33,977 nt of DNA from Nanobdellota archaeon (GCA_038044345.1 JBBTAG010000061.1:1-33977); one strand, 5' to 3'. Shown: positions 6,579-16,552, counted from the stretch's first letter. Notes: generated by a model from the letters alone, not told the origin. A program made the numbers and translations.

Positions 6579-9500
6579 TTATATTTTTTGAATGAATCCC
6601 TTCCTTGGCTTGAATATATCTCCCGATTTTGATAATTGTGATAACGAATCTTCCAATTCTATGGGCGTCATTTTTCCTTCAATTGCCTTTTCCAGTTCTT
6701 CTATGGGGATTAATTTACCAAGTCTGGACTCGAGTTGTGCTATTGTTTCTCTTACAACTAATATTTTGCTTCTTTTTCCCGCACTAATGCCCGAAGTTAT
6801 TCTGTCGATGTCATAGGTTTTTGTTTCTTCATCATAACCGACTTGAGTTAGCGATACTTTCAAGAGTTCAATGGCTTTAATGGCGTCTTCTCTTTTAACT
6901 TCGTTTCTAAGATGCATCTTAGCATGTGCTTCCGATAGCCTTATAATTCCCTCTAGTTGTCTTGCAGTTATTGCTATTGGTTTTATTGTTGATTCTGAAC
7001 CAGTTGATTGACCTCTCAATTTAACATAAAAGTTTTTTATTTCTTCAATGGCTTCGTCAGTGAGTTTCGGTTTAAATTTTCTTTTTGCGTATGAGATATA
7101 TTTTCTAAGAAGTTTTGGATTTATTGTGTCTCTAACTACCTCTTGTTTGTGTTCTTCCAATACATGGGTTGCTATAGCTTCATCCTGAACTTTGTTTGGC
7201 ATGTCTTTGATGACGAAGATGACGTCAAATCTGCTTAATAATGCTGGAGAAATATCAATTTGTTCTGGGATTGGAACATAAGGGTTGAAACGACCGAGTT
7301 TGGGATTTCCTGCAGCAAGAACGGTTGTTTCTGCTCTCAATGTTGCGTGGATGTTTGCTTTTGAGACAGTGATTGTGTTGTGGAGTATTGCTGCTTGTGA
7401 AATGAATGAGTGATTTGGTTCTATAGTAACATCATAAACCCAATTTTCATCTTCATTTTTTATGATTTCAATTCCAGAAACACGCTCCCACCCAATATCT
7501 TCTGTAAATTGTCTTAAATATTCCTTATTTTCTTCTTTTTTTATTTTGGGAAAAGCTTTTTTTAATAAACTTCGTGAAAATCCAAAGATATTTTTTCTTT
7601 TTTGGTGGTCAGAAATTATATTATAAATTTTATACTTTCCTATACTTTCTATTTTTTCTTCTTTTAGAATTTCTATTATTCTGTTATTAAATTGTTTTGG
7701 GATAACATTTTTTATTTGCCTTTTTATCTTTTTGTTTTGAATATAGTAGGAGATGATTTCATTTTTTTCTTCTGTAACAAAGCCTATATACTTTTGGAAT
7801 GAGAGAATATTATCATAATCTGTTATTCCTACTCTGAAATACTCTCTGTCTGCTGTTATGGAACTTCTTATTCTAAATCTTAGAAGTAAATCTTGTATTT
7901 GTTCAGCGAGACGCTTACTTTTAGTTTTATATCCTATTCTTATCGTCCTTTCTTTTTTGGAGACATATCCATCTCCTTCAAAAAGTGCAGATAGCATTTT
8001 GGCGATATCTTCAGATTTTCCTTTCATTGCCCACAAGGGTATCTGCTTTTCGCCAGATAATTTTAGTATTTCAGGAGATGTTTCTTTTAAGAAGCTGGCC
8101 AGTTCTGTTGAAGTGTATCTATAGCTCCAACGTGTACCATAGTGATCTATGCGTGCTTGTTTGTATGGTGCGATGTTAAATGTATTTTTCATTAATTGAT
8201 TGAAATCGTTAAGAACTCTTACATCTTTGTTAACAAAATTGATTCCAATAAATTTTTTCCTATTTATCTCGCGTGAACCTTCCGCTATAAAGTAACCTAT
8301 AATTTTAAATAATTCTGGGCCATTTTTGACTGGAATATTTATATGAATTTTAGCTCTTTCATTAATTTGCTGCGGAAGAAAGAGTTGTTCTTTTCCTTCT
8401 ATTGGCGAATAAAGTGGTATTGGAATAGGATCTCCAATTATCATCTCATCTGCTCTCTTTGTTGAAATTTTTCCATCTTTCACTGTAAATACTGGATGTT
8501 CTGGAGTAACTATTATTTCTCGCCCATGTGAGAATTTTATTTTTATAAATTTATCAAATGCTTTATGTTTACTTATTCTATTTATTTTGGTTTTATTAAT
8601 TGTTTTAAAATCAGTTGTTAAAACTTCGAGTTGATTGTATGGCAGGATAAAACAATCTTTACCTTCAATTATCTTTTCCTTATTTTCTTGAAGTAGTTTT
8701 TCAACTATTTCTCCAATTTTTACTTCTGAGCCATCTGCGAGGGTTATAACTGTATCATGATGGTAACATTGTTGCTCCATGGCTTCATGCATTGTGCTTC
8801 TATCTTGTTCAGTCATTTTTTCAATTTCATCAATACAAACAGTGCCTTTATTTGCAAGAACCATTGCTCCGGCTTCTAGACTCCAACCGCGTAAAAATTC
8901 ATCTTTAATGACTGCTGCTGTGAGACCTGCAGCAGTTGCCGCTTTTCCAGAAACGTAACGTCCTTTTGGAGCAATTGCAGATATGAACTTTAGCATAACT
9001 GATTTTGCTACTCCAGGATCACCTACAAGAAGAATGTGTATATCGCCTCGAGAAGACCCACCATCTGATTTTAATTTTTTTACTCCACCAAATAATTCTA
9101 AAAGAACGGCCTCTTTTATTCTTTCAAATCCATATATACTTGGAGCAATGCTGCTTGATAGTTTGTAATATACATTTGGGTCTGCTGCCAATTCTAGAAT
9201 TTGTTCAATAGCTTCTTCGTCAATATTTAAGTCCTCAAATGTTTCTTCTAAAGGAATTATATTATTTGCTTCTATTGCTATATCATATCTTGTGGAAATT
9301 GAACCAGTTTTTAACGGTATGGGGACTTCTTTTAAAACTCCAAATATCTTTACTTTGCTTCCAGGTGTAGTTCTTTCTTCCATTTTTGGATCAACAAGAT
9401 CTTCTTGCAGGAAGACATTGATTCTACGTGGCTGTTCTCCACCTTCAAGAGAATCTGGAGATTCTTCGATAACAAGACGTTGAGTGTCAACCATTTCTTT

Positions 9501-9998
9501 CGAAATTAATCTAAATGCTGATTTCCATCCGCAGGTACATCTGCTTGGTTCTCTGAATTTGTTATCAATTTGCAATACTGAAAGCAAGGCTCCGCAGTTT
9601 GGGCATTCAAATTTTGCATTGACAACTTGTGGTCGAACGTCGGAGGCTTGCCTAATTATTCCTTCTATCCAGAGCATTTGGTCTAGGTGCTTAGATCTTA
9701 TTTCTCTTATTTTTATTGCAACCGATTTTGGCAGATCAGTTATTCTTACTCGGATATTTTTGCCTAATCCAGAGTCATCAAGAGCATTTTCTAGGACTGC
9801 AAATGTCTGTTGAGGATTTTCAAGAACTTCTTCTGATAAACTTGGTGAATGTTCAGCCAAATGTTGAAATGGTATGTATATTACCCTTTCCCCAGTTCTG
9901 ATTGATTGACTAATTTCTTTCTTGTATGCATTAAAGAAATTTTTTGCTTCTAAGAGCATTTCCTCTTGTTTTTTTTTCTTGGGCAACACTGATTCCAT
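6579..9998 (-). CDS. mcm: MCM replicative helicase containing one intein
   Basis: Zn motif CPNCG...CTCG, Walker A GDPGVAKS, Walker B CIDEIEKM, EAMEQQ|intein|TITVSKANI, sensor-1 AAGNP, Arg finger SRFD. The ATG at 9998 is 20 nt from a TATA-like box at 10019-10026; the track start at 10013 is TTG. Confidence 0.92.
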   Translation of the reverse strand: MESVLPKKKKQEEMLLEAKNFFNAYKKEISQSIRTGERVIYIPFQHLAEHSPSLSEEVLENPQQTFAVLENALDDSGLGKNIRVRITDLPKSVAIKIREIRSKHLDQMLWIEGIIRQASDVRPQVVNAKFECPNCGALLSVLQIDNKFREPSRCTCGWKSAFRLISKEMVDTQRLVIEESPDSLEGGEQPRRINVFLQEDLVDPKMEERTTPGSKVKIFGVLKEVPIPLKTGSISTRYDIAIEANNIIPLEETFEDLNIDEEAIEQILELAADPNVYYKLSSSIAPSIYGFERIKEAVLLELFGGVKKLKSDGGSSRGDIHILLVGDPGVAKSVMLKFISAIAPKGRYVSGKAATAAGLTAAVIKDEFLRGWSLEAGAMVLANKGTVCIDEIEKMTEQDRSTMHEAMEQQCYHHDTVITLADGSEVKIGEIVEKLLQENKEKIIEGKDCFILPYNQLEVLTTDFKTINKTKINRISKHKAFDKFIKIKFSHGREIIVTPEHPVFTVKDGKISTKRADEMIIGDPIPIPLYSPIEGKEQLFLPQQINERAKIHINIPVKNGPELFKIIGYFIAEGSREINRKKFIGINFVNKDVRVLNDFNQLMKNTFNIAPYKQARIDHYGTRWSYRYTSTELASFLKETSPEILKLSGEKQIPLWAMKGKSEDIAKMLSALFEGDGYVSKKERTIRIGYKTKSKRLAEQIQDLLLRFRIRSSITADREYFRVGITDYDNILSFQKYIGFVTEEKNEIISYYIQNKKIKRQIKNVIPKQFNNRIIEILKEEKIESIGKYKIYNIISDHQKRKNIFGFSRSLLKKAFPKIKKEENKEYLRQFTEDIGWERVSGIEIIKNEDENWVYDVTIEPNHSFISQAAILHNTITVSKANIHATLRAETTVLAAGNPKLGRFNPYVPIPEQIDISPALLSRFDVIFVIKDMPNKVQDEAIATHVLEEHKQEVVRDTINPKLLRKYISYAKRKFKPKLTDEAIEEIKNFYVKLRGQSTGSESTIKPIAITARQLEGIIRLSEAHAKMHLRNEVKREDAIKAIELLKVSLTQVGYDEETKTYDIDRITSGISAGKRSKILVVRETIAQLESRLGKLIPIEELEKAIEGKMTPIELEDSLSQLSKSGDIFKPRKGFIQKI
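7377..8768 (-). mobile_element. intein (464 aa) with LAGLIDADG homing-endonuclease domain, inside mcm
   Basis: Starts with Cys (CYHHDTVITLADG) and ends HN, followed by the +1 Thr. Block B is TPEH. The two LAGLIDADG motifs are IIGYFIAEGS and LSALFEGDGYV. Removing it restores AMEQQ-TITVSKANI. Confidence 0.88.
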
Positions 9999-10088
9999 TA
10001 AATTTGAGCGCAAGGGAGATTTAAATGGTTTATTGTTTTATGTTACACTTGTTTAATGTTGGGTTGTTATTTGAGAATGGCATTTTAT

Positions 10089-11189
10089 TTATTCAATCTG
10101 AAATCTTAAAATGGCGCCAACACCTTTTGTCAGATTGAGAAATTGGTCTCCTTCTTCGGTTTCTGTCGAAATAATTATAACTTTTGCACCAATATTTTCT
10201 GCTTTATCCTCGAAATCTTTAATTTCGCTTTTTGGGAGTTTTTTAGATATTAACAGCTTTTCAACTGCTCCTCTTTCTAAAGCCAAAAGAGTTTTTTCTT
10301 TTCCATAGGCTGCTTTTTCTTTGTTTTTGCCAAGGGTTTCGAAGAATTGTTGAACAATTTCTTTTTCTTTTACTAATTCTTGTTGTGAGATGTCTTCTTG
10401 AGATGCTTCAACTAATAATCTTAGTCCGTGTTCATCAGTATAACCTATGTCTTTGACGGCCATGACTAATTTTTTTAGTTTTGTGACTAACTGTGCTTCT
10501 TCTAAGAATTCGTCTTTTGTTGGTATTGGGCCACCAACAAGAATTCCTTTTAATTTTGGCATGTCGAAGAAAATTTCTTTCATTGCTTCGGCTACTCTTC
10601 TGAAGAATTCTTTTGCTAAGCCTTCTGTGACTCTTGCAAAACGAGCTGAACTTTGTCCACCGGCACGTACTTTTCCTGGAACTCCAGAAGTTAATGTTCT
10701 TATAACTTTGATTTGTTTGCCTTCTAAGATGCCTATAGTTGCTTCTTGTCTGTCTATTGCAAGTAAACCATAAACTTCTGTTATGTCAAGCATTTCTTTC
10801 AATGGATCAAGAACAAATATTTGATCACATCTATAGAGACGGACGTTCAGCGGCTTTGGAGGCTCATTTACCCATAATTGAATATCCTGATTTCCTTCTT
10901 TTTCTGAGATATTTCCACAAAATAGAACCATTCCGTTTGGAGGCGTAACCTTATAATTCTTCAATTCACGGACTATTCTGTCTAATGCGTCAACAACCGC
11001 TTTTCTTGTTGCTTTTGATTTTATGTTTTCTGCCGTTCCAGATTCTGATTCTAATTGTCTGACGACAGCGTCTTTATTGAATCCTGCTGGAATGTAAACA
11101 CTTACTAATTGTGTATGCCTACCTCTAATATTTTCTAATTGAGCAATCAGCTCTTCAAGTTCCTGTCTTTTTTTCTGTTCAGAGTCCAT
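10089..11189 (-). CDS. prf1: peptide chain release factor aRF1
   Basis: NIKS motif (AENIKSKATRK) and GGQ motif (RAGGQSSARF). Confidence 0.9.
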   Translation of the reverse strand: MDSEQKKRQELEELIAQLENIRGRHTQLVSVYIPAGFNKDAVVRQLESESGTAENIKSKATRKAVVDALDRIVRELKNYKVTPPNGMVLFCGNISEKEGNQDIQLWVNEPPKPLNVRLYRCDQIFVLDPLKEMLDITEVYGLLAIDRQEATIGILEGKQIKVIRTLTSGVPGKVRAGGQSSARFARVTEGLAKEFFRRVAEAMKEIFFDMPKLKGILVGGPIPTKDEFLEEAQLVTKLKKLVMAVKDIGYTDEHGLRLLVEASQEDISQQELVKEKEIVQQFFETLGKNKEKAAYGKEKTLLALERGAVEKLLISKKLPKSEIKDFEDKAENIGAKVIIISTETEEGDQFLNLTKGVGAILRFQIE

Positions 11190-11235
11190 GTAAATATTAA
11201 ATAGAAATGGTTAATAAATCTTGGTTTAATTTATG

Positions 11236-13569
11236 CTATAGGATTCTAACTTCTAGTTTGCCAGATTTTATCTCTTTAGCACAGGTAACTGCTTTTAAAT
11301 CGGCAATTATATTTTTTAATAATTTTTGATCTTCTTCTGATAGAGTTAGAATGATTTCAGTCTTCATTGATTTTTGGGATTTTGATTTTTCTTGTCGGAC
11401 TAAAGTGATGATTTCTAAAAGTTTCGACCAAATTTTATCATCTTCTTTGGACTCTTTGATTTTTATTGTTGTTGGCCAGAATTCCAGATGGATTGATTTT
11501 TGTTTTTCGTATTTTTTAAAATGAGACTGATAAATTTCTTCAGTAATAAATGGTGTTATTGGAGCCATTAATTTTAGGAGAGTTAGCAAGGAATTATATA
11601 GCGTATAAAATGCTGAAGCCTTTTCTTGCTCTGAACCTTGATAAACTCTGTTTTTAACAATTTCTAAGTAGTTGTCGGCAAGTGTTTGCCAGAAAAATTG
11701 GTCTGTTTCTAATTTGGCTCTTGAACAGTTGTAATCTTCAAAGGCTTTTGTCGCGGAATTTATTAATTTGTTTAATTGAACTATAAATAAACGGTCTGTT
11801 TCTTCTAGTTTTGGCATTTTCTTTTGATAGGCCATGTTCATAAACACAAAGTTTGTCGCATTTAGAATTTTTGTGACAAACTTTTTACCAGTCAGGATAT
11901 CTTTTTCTTGATAGTCAAAATCTTCTCCTAATTTTGATGAAGCCGCCCAATATCTCATTGCATCTGTGCCGTATTTACTCATGACTTCTTGTGGTGGTAT
12001 GCCGTTACCCTTTGATTTACCCATTTTTTCTCCGTCTAGAGTAACGAATCCTGATATTGTGATGTTTTTCCAGGGTATGCTATCTTCATGGTAAAGAGAT
12101 TTAACAATTGTATAAAATGCCCAAGTTCTAATTATGTCATGAGCTTGCGGTCTTAATGAGTATGGTAGTTTTATTTGATTTTTTACTAATGATGATGCTA
12201 TTTGCGGCGTTAATGATGAGGTTGCCCAAGTATCAAGAACCTTTTCTTCTGCCTGTGCTTGTGATTTGCATTTTGGACAAGTTTTTTTAGTTTGGATTGG
12301 GTCGATAGGGAGTTCTTTCTCTTCAGCAATTATTATTTCATTGCAAGATTTGCAATACCATGCTGGAATAGGTATTCCGAAATGTCTTTCTCTAGATATT
12401 GACCAATCCCATTCCAAACCATTAATCCAATTTTCATATCTTTTGAACATATGTTCAGGATGCCAGGTTATTTTTTTACCTTGTGCTATAAGTTCTTTTT
12501 TCTTATTGAGTACTTTAATAAACCATTGACTAGTTGGAATGAATTCAATTTCCGTTAAACATTTATCATGAACATTTACACTATGTTTTATCGTTTTTTG
12601 ATCTATTATCAAGTCTTTTTCCTTTAAATCTTGAAGAATTTTTTTTCTTGCTTCTTTTATCTTTGATTTTTTGTAAGGTTCTATGTTTAATGTCCCGTTT
12701 TTTTCAAGTATTATTTTTGGATTTAATTTATGACGATTAACTGCATCAACGTCATATTTGTCTCCATATGAACAGACCATAAGAACACCCGTTCCTTTTT
12801 CAATATCTGCAGAGGCATCTGCTATGATTGGAACTTTATGGTTGAATATTGGCACATTAGCTTTTTTGCCTATTAATGACTTATACCTTTTGTCTGTTGG
12901 ATTGACGAATATACAGACGCAGGCACCTAAAAGTTCTGGGCGAGTTGTCGCAATTGGCAAATCAATCCCGTCAACTTTGAACTTTATGGTTGTAAATAAA
13001 GTATCTTTTTCTTTATCTTCAAGTTCTGCTTGTGCTATTGGGGTTTGGCATTCTGGACACCATATTGTGGGGAACTGTGCAGTGTAAATTATATCTTTTT
13101 TGTATAAGTCTAGAAAAGATTTTTGTGATATTTTTTGTGAATCTCTGTTTATGGTAGAATAGTAAAGATTATAATCACATGAAATGCCAAGATTTTTCCA
13201 GTCTTGAATAAAATTTGGAGTGATTTCTTTTAATGTATTCAAGCAAATTTTTATGAAATCTGTTCGACTCATATCTTTGCTTTTAATATTTTTTAATTTT
13301 TCGACTAGTCTCTCTGTTGGCAGACCATTATCATCGGTTCCAAATGGATAGAAAACTTCATTTCCAAACATTCTATTGAAACGCGCAATAAAATCTTGTT
13401 GAGAATAAGAAAATGCATGTCCAAGATGCATTTTTCCAGAAACTGTTGGAGGCGGAGTGTCTATTGAATAGATTTTTTTCTTTGATTTTGGATTGAAAGA
13501 GTAAATCTTTTCTTTTTCCCAATATGATTTCCATTTTTCTTCTATTGCTTTGAAATCTGTTTCTGTCAT
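11236..13569 (-). CDS. valS: class I aminoacyl-tRNA synthetase, most likely valyl-tRNA synthetase
   Basis: HIGH region IDTPPPTVSGKMHLGHAF, KMSKS region EKMGKSKGN, Zn-type CPECQ and CKSC...CPKC inserts. At 777 aa it fits archaeal ValRS better than LeuRS or IleRS. Confidence 0.75.
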   Translation of the reverse strand: MTETDFKAIEEKWKSYWEKEKIYSFNPKSKKKIYSIDTPPPTVSGKMHLGHAFSYSQQDFIARFNRMFGNEVFYPFGTDDNGLPTERLVEKLKNIKSKDMSRTDFIKICLNTLKEITPNFIQDWKNLGISCDYNLYYSTINRDSQKISQKSFLDLYKKDIIYTAQFPTIWCPECQTPIAQAELEDKEKDTLFTTIKFKVDGIDLPIATTRPELLGACVCIFVNPTDKRYKSLIGKKANVPIFNHKVPIIADASADIEKGTGVLMVCSYGDKYDVDAVNRHKLNPKIILEKNGTLNIEPYKKSKIKEARKKILQDLKEKDLIIDQKTIKHSVNVHDKCLTEIEFIPTSQWFIKVLNKKKELIAQGKKITWHPEHMFKRYENWINGLEWDWSISRERHFGIPIPAWYCKSCNEIIIAEEKELPIDPIQTKKTCPKCKSQAQAEEKVLDTWATSSLTPQIASSLVKNQIKLPYSLRPQAHDIIRTWAFYTIVKSLYHEDSIPWKNITISGFVTLDGEKMGKSKGNGIPPQEVMSKYGTDAMRYWAASSKLGEDFDYQEKDILTGKKFVTKILNATNFVFMNMAYQKKMPKLEETDRLFIVQLNKLINSATKAFEDYNCSRAKLETDQFFWQTLADNYLEIVKNRVYQGSEQEKASAFYTLYNSLLTLLKLMAPITPFITEEIYQSHFKKYEKQKSIHLEFWPTTIKIKESKEDDKIWSKLLEIITLVRQEKSKSQKSMKTEIILTLSEEDQKLLKNIIADLKAVTCAKEIKSGKLEVRIL

Positions 13570-13730
13570 GAGCTTGATAAGAACAAAGGGATTTTAAAGT
13601 TTAGTGTTTTTGTAAAAAACAGATTAAATTTTATTTTTTTAAGTAACAACAAAGAACATATAAGAATATTTATAAACCTTGTGGACTTATTTAGTTTGCA
13701 GAGAATAATTTATTTTCTTTGTTTGTTACA

Positions 13731-14213
13731 ATGGGTGCGAGAAAACATAATCTGGAATTGCCTGTGAATCTTCATTCGATAGTTCGTAGAGTTTCTCCTT
13801 CTGCTATTAATGCTTTAGAGGACGTATTAGCACGGAGAGCACACAATATGAATGTTGCGAAAGCAATTTTGCTTTCCGTGGATTATGCAGTGAATAGAGA
13901 TTTTCATTTTGAAGATAAGAAGAAAGTAGATGATTTTACTTTGGCTTCTAGATTAGTGGATCAATCTAGGGAGCTATTATCTCAAAATCAGCCAGTTTAT
14001 GCTCACGCATTAATTGATTTGGCACAAAGAGTGTGTATTGAGCCTAGCTGTTATGGTGGAAGATCTGTTCAGGTTTATCATCATCATACTGATTCTCAAT
14101 TCGCTGAAAATCTGCTTTATGCTTCTGGATTAGACAGTGATGAAGAGGAATTTTTCTTAGATGCTTCTACAGATATTGCTGAGAAGGCTTATGAAGGCGA
14201 GCTTGTAGGATAA
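13731..14213 (+). CDS. hypothetical acidic protein, no recognisable domain
   Basis: Long ORF with its first ATG at 13731 (track start 13719 is TTG). Low Lys content compared with its neighbours. Confidence 0.5.
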   Translation: MGARKHNLELPVNLHSIVRRVSPSAINALEDVLARRAHNMNVAKAILLSVDYAVNRDFHFEDKKKVDDFTLASRLVDQSRELLSQNQPVYAHALIDLAQRVCIEPSCYGGRSVQVYHHHTDSQFAENLLYASGLDSDEEEFFLDASTDIAEKAYEGELVG

Positions 14214-14243
14214 TTTTAATAATTGATGTTTCTTCCTTTAGTT

Positions 14244-14861
14244 ATGAATGTTAAACAGAAGAAGGCACTTAGGCAGTTTAAAAAAATAGAAAAACTTGCT
14301 TCTGAGCTAAGATTGGCTGCAGATGGATGGGATGAAGATTGGAAAACTCTTATTGCTACACTTATGTCTGCCAGGACGACTGATAGAGTTACTATACCAA
14401 TAGCAGAAAGATTATTTGAAAAATATGATAATATTGATAAATTATCGAGAGCCAAGGTTAATGATATTGGTAAGATAATTAGAGGTGTTAATTTTTACAA
14501 AACCAAGAGTAAAAATATAATTAATCTTGCTAATATGCTTGTCAGAGACTATAATTATAGGGTTCCGCATGACTTTGAAAAGTTGATAGAACTTCCTGGA
14601 GTCGGAAGAAAAACTGCAAATGTTTTTCTTGCTGAAAAAGGACATGAGACTATTGGTGTGGACACGCATGTTTCTTTCATTGCAAAGCAGATGAAATGGA
14701 CGAAACATGAAAATCAGGAGAAGGTTGAAAATGATTTGCAAAATCTATTTCCAAAAAAATTATGGGGAAAGTTGAATTGGGTTTTAGTTCGATTTGGACA
14801 AACTTATAAAAGCAGGAAAGAGAAAATCAGGATTTTGAATGAAATTAAAAAGAGAAAATAG
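14244..14861 (+). CDS. nth: endonuclease III-family HhH-GPD DNA glycosylase lacking the C-terminal Fe-S cluster motif
   Basis: HhH LPGVGRKTANVF with the catalytic Lys and VDTH Asp. There are no Cys in the C-terminus. The ATG at 14244 is 21 nt from a TATA-like box at 14215-14222 (alternative ATG at 14226). Confidence 0.8.
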   Translation: MNVKQKKALRQFKKIEKLASELRLAADGWDEDWKTLIATLMSARTTDRVTIPIAERLFEKYDNIDKLSRAKVNDIGKIIRGVNFYKTKSKNIINLANMLVRDYNYRVPHDFEKLIELPGVGRKTANVFLAEKGHETIGVDTHVSFIAKQMKWTKHENQEKVENDLQNLFPKKLWGKLNWVLVRFGQTYKSRKEKIRILNEIKKRK

Positions 14862-14895
14862 ATAACTTTTTATATTGCTCTTTTTTTAGTTTAAT

Positions 14896-15066
14896 ATGGC
14901 AAGTGATAATAAGATAAGTATGCCCGGATCGTTTGGCGGGTTGATGAGGTATGATGAAGAGTATGATACCAAGATAAAGATTAGCCCTATGCAGGTAATC
15001 TTTTATATCGTTTTTATTATACTTGTTGTTTTTGGATTGAATTTGTTTTGGCCTATTTCAGGCTGA
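14896..15066 (+). CDS. preprotein translocase subunit Sec61-beta (56 aa, not in the supplied ORF track)
   Basis: Hand translation: MASDNKISMPGSFGGLMRYDEEYDTKIKISPMQVIFYIVFIILVVFGLNLFWPISG*. It has the GGLMRY..E...IKISP motif followed by a C-terminal TM. Confidence 0.8.
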   Translation: MASDNKISMPGSFGGLMRYDEEYDTKIKISPMQVIFYIVFIILVVFGLNLFWPISG

Positions 15067-15082
15067 TTAAGCATATAACAAA

Positions 15083-16099
15083 ATGAAAAAAGAGAGTAAA
15101 GAGGACAAAGGGAGTTTTTTGACGGTGTTTGTTAAATTATTAGTTTTATTTTTGTTAGGTGTTTTGATTGTTTTTTTCATTGTTGATGTTTATGAAGTAA
15201 GTATTGCATATTCAATTGTGCTGGCTTTTATTTCACTGGTTTTGTTCCATTTGTTCTGGAAAAATGGCTTTTTTAACTTTTTACTGGTTGCCTTGATGGC
15301 GATGTTTACATTCATATGCACTGAAATTAGTTTTGATTTAAATTTGTATGTTATTTTTTTGATATCTTTTTTCCTGGCTTTTATTTTTGGATTGATTTAT
15401 AATAGGTTTGAAAGTAGAGGAACGTATGCCTGGCTGCTTCTAATTGGTTTTGTTGTTCTTTGGATTATTTTGGCTTTTAATGTTTTGTATAGAGATGACT
15501 GGCTGCTTGAAAATTATTTGACAATTCCTTTTGTCATTCTTTTGCTTATTGCATCTAAATGGTTTAAATTTTCCAAGACTTCCTATAGTTTGATATTTAT
15601 TTATATGACTTTGCATGTCATTGGAAGTCATTATACTTATTCTGAAGTGCCTTTTGGTTTTTGGCTTCAGAATTTTTTTGGGTTGGATAGAAATCATTAT
15701 GACAGAATAATTCATTTTTCATTTGGATTTCTTTTAGCTTATCCCGTTAGGGAGGTTTTTATAAGAATTGGAAATTATAAAGGAATATGGGCTCTTTTCG
15801 CCCCGATAATGCTTGTTTTTGGGTTAAGCTGCGTTTATGAGTTGGTTGAGTGGTGGGTTGCGGTCAAGTTTGGAGGAGATTTGGGAGTTGCATATCTCGG
15901 GACGCAGGGTGATGTTTGGGATGCGCAGAAGGATATGTTCAATGCTGGAGTCGGGTCAATAATCGCGATGGCAATTACTGCCATAATTATATTTTCTTAT
16001 CGCAGAAGAGAATACTGGTCTGAACTTAAGGATAGTTTTAGAGTCCACAGGGGGGAATTGGGGGAAGTTGCTTTGCAGAGGTTCAGCAGAAAAAAATAA
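15083..16099 (+). CDS. DUF2238 (YjdF-like) integral membrane protein with extra N-terminal TMs
   Basis: HVIGSHYTYSEVPFG...RNHYDRIIHFSFGFLLAYPVRE signature. Multiple TMs. Confidence 0.7.
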   Translation: MKKESKEDKGSFLTVFVKLLVLFLLGVLIVFFIVDVYEVSIAYSIVLAFISLVLFHLFWKNGFFNFLLVALMAMFTFICTEISFDLNLYVIFLISFFLAFIFGLIYNRFESRGTYAWLLLIGFVVLWIILAFNVLYRDDWLLENYLTIPFVILLLIASKWFKFSKTSYSLIFIYMTLHVIGSHYTYSEVPFGFWLQNFFGLDRNHYDRIIHFSFGFLLAYPVREVFIRIGNYKGIWALFAPIMLVFGLSCVYELVEWWVAVKFGGDLGVAYLGTQGDVWDAQKDMFNAGVGSIIAMAITAIIIFSYRRREYWSELKDSFRVHRGELGEVALQRFSRKK

Positions 16100-16121
16100 A
16101 GTAAGGTTATTTGAATTATAA

Positions 16122-16415
16122 TTAATGGAGTCTTTTTCTTAATATAAGAATACTAACAATAGTCAGAATAAATGGAAGAATAACCAAAGTAGATTGAATG
16201 AACTTACCTTTTATAAATTCAGGAAAATTATATTGTTGGATCTCAGCAGTAGTACAAAAACAGCCTACAAAATAATTTAGTGGAACTCGTTTCTCCGCAC
16301 TATTGTAATTTATGCAACCACAATTAGATTTTACAATAGGCATAAAATTCAATAAGTAAAACGATATAATTAAAATTAGCAGTGAGATTGATATTATTTT
16401 AAACCATTTATTCAT
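16122..16415 (-). CDS. small membrane protein with Cys pairs
   Basis: N- and C-terminal TMs with CGC and CFC motifs between them. Confidence 0.45.
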   Translation of the reverse strand: MNKWFKIISISLLILIISFYLLNFMPIVKSNCGCINYNSAEKRVPLNYFVGCFCTTAEIQQYNFPEFIKGKFIQSTLVILPFILTIVSILILRKRLH

Positions 16416-16537
16416 AAAAAATATAATAAAATCATATTTTTAACCCTTTCTAAAAACCAAGTGTTTGTTTATCGATGAGACTTCTATTACAAAAGATGTT
16501 TAGAATGGCGAGAAAGAGTATATTCATTTTTCAATTC

Positions 16538-16552
16538 AGAAATCTATAAATA
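16538..16552 (+). promoter_or_regulatory. BRE/TATA-like promoter agaaatctataaata (copy 1, HAD gene)
   Basis: Identical 15-mer to 16992-17006. The TATA edge is 22 nt from the ATG at 16575. Confidence 0.5.

Noticed and set aside
16470-16544. A 24-codon ORF (MRLLLQKMFRMARKSIFIFQFRNL) in the spacer upstream of the HAD gene.
   Set aside because: It is very short, has no promoter at the usual spacing, and runs into the TATA box of the next gene. It is most likely non-coding.
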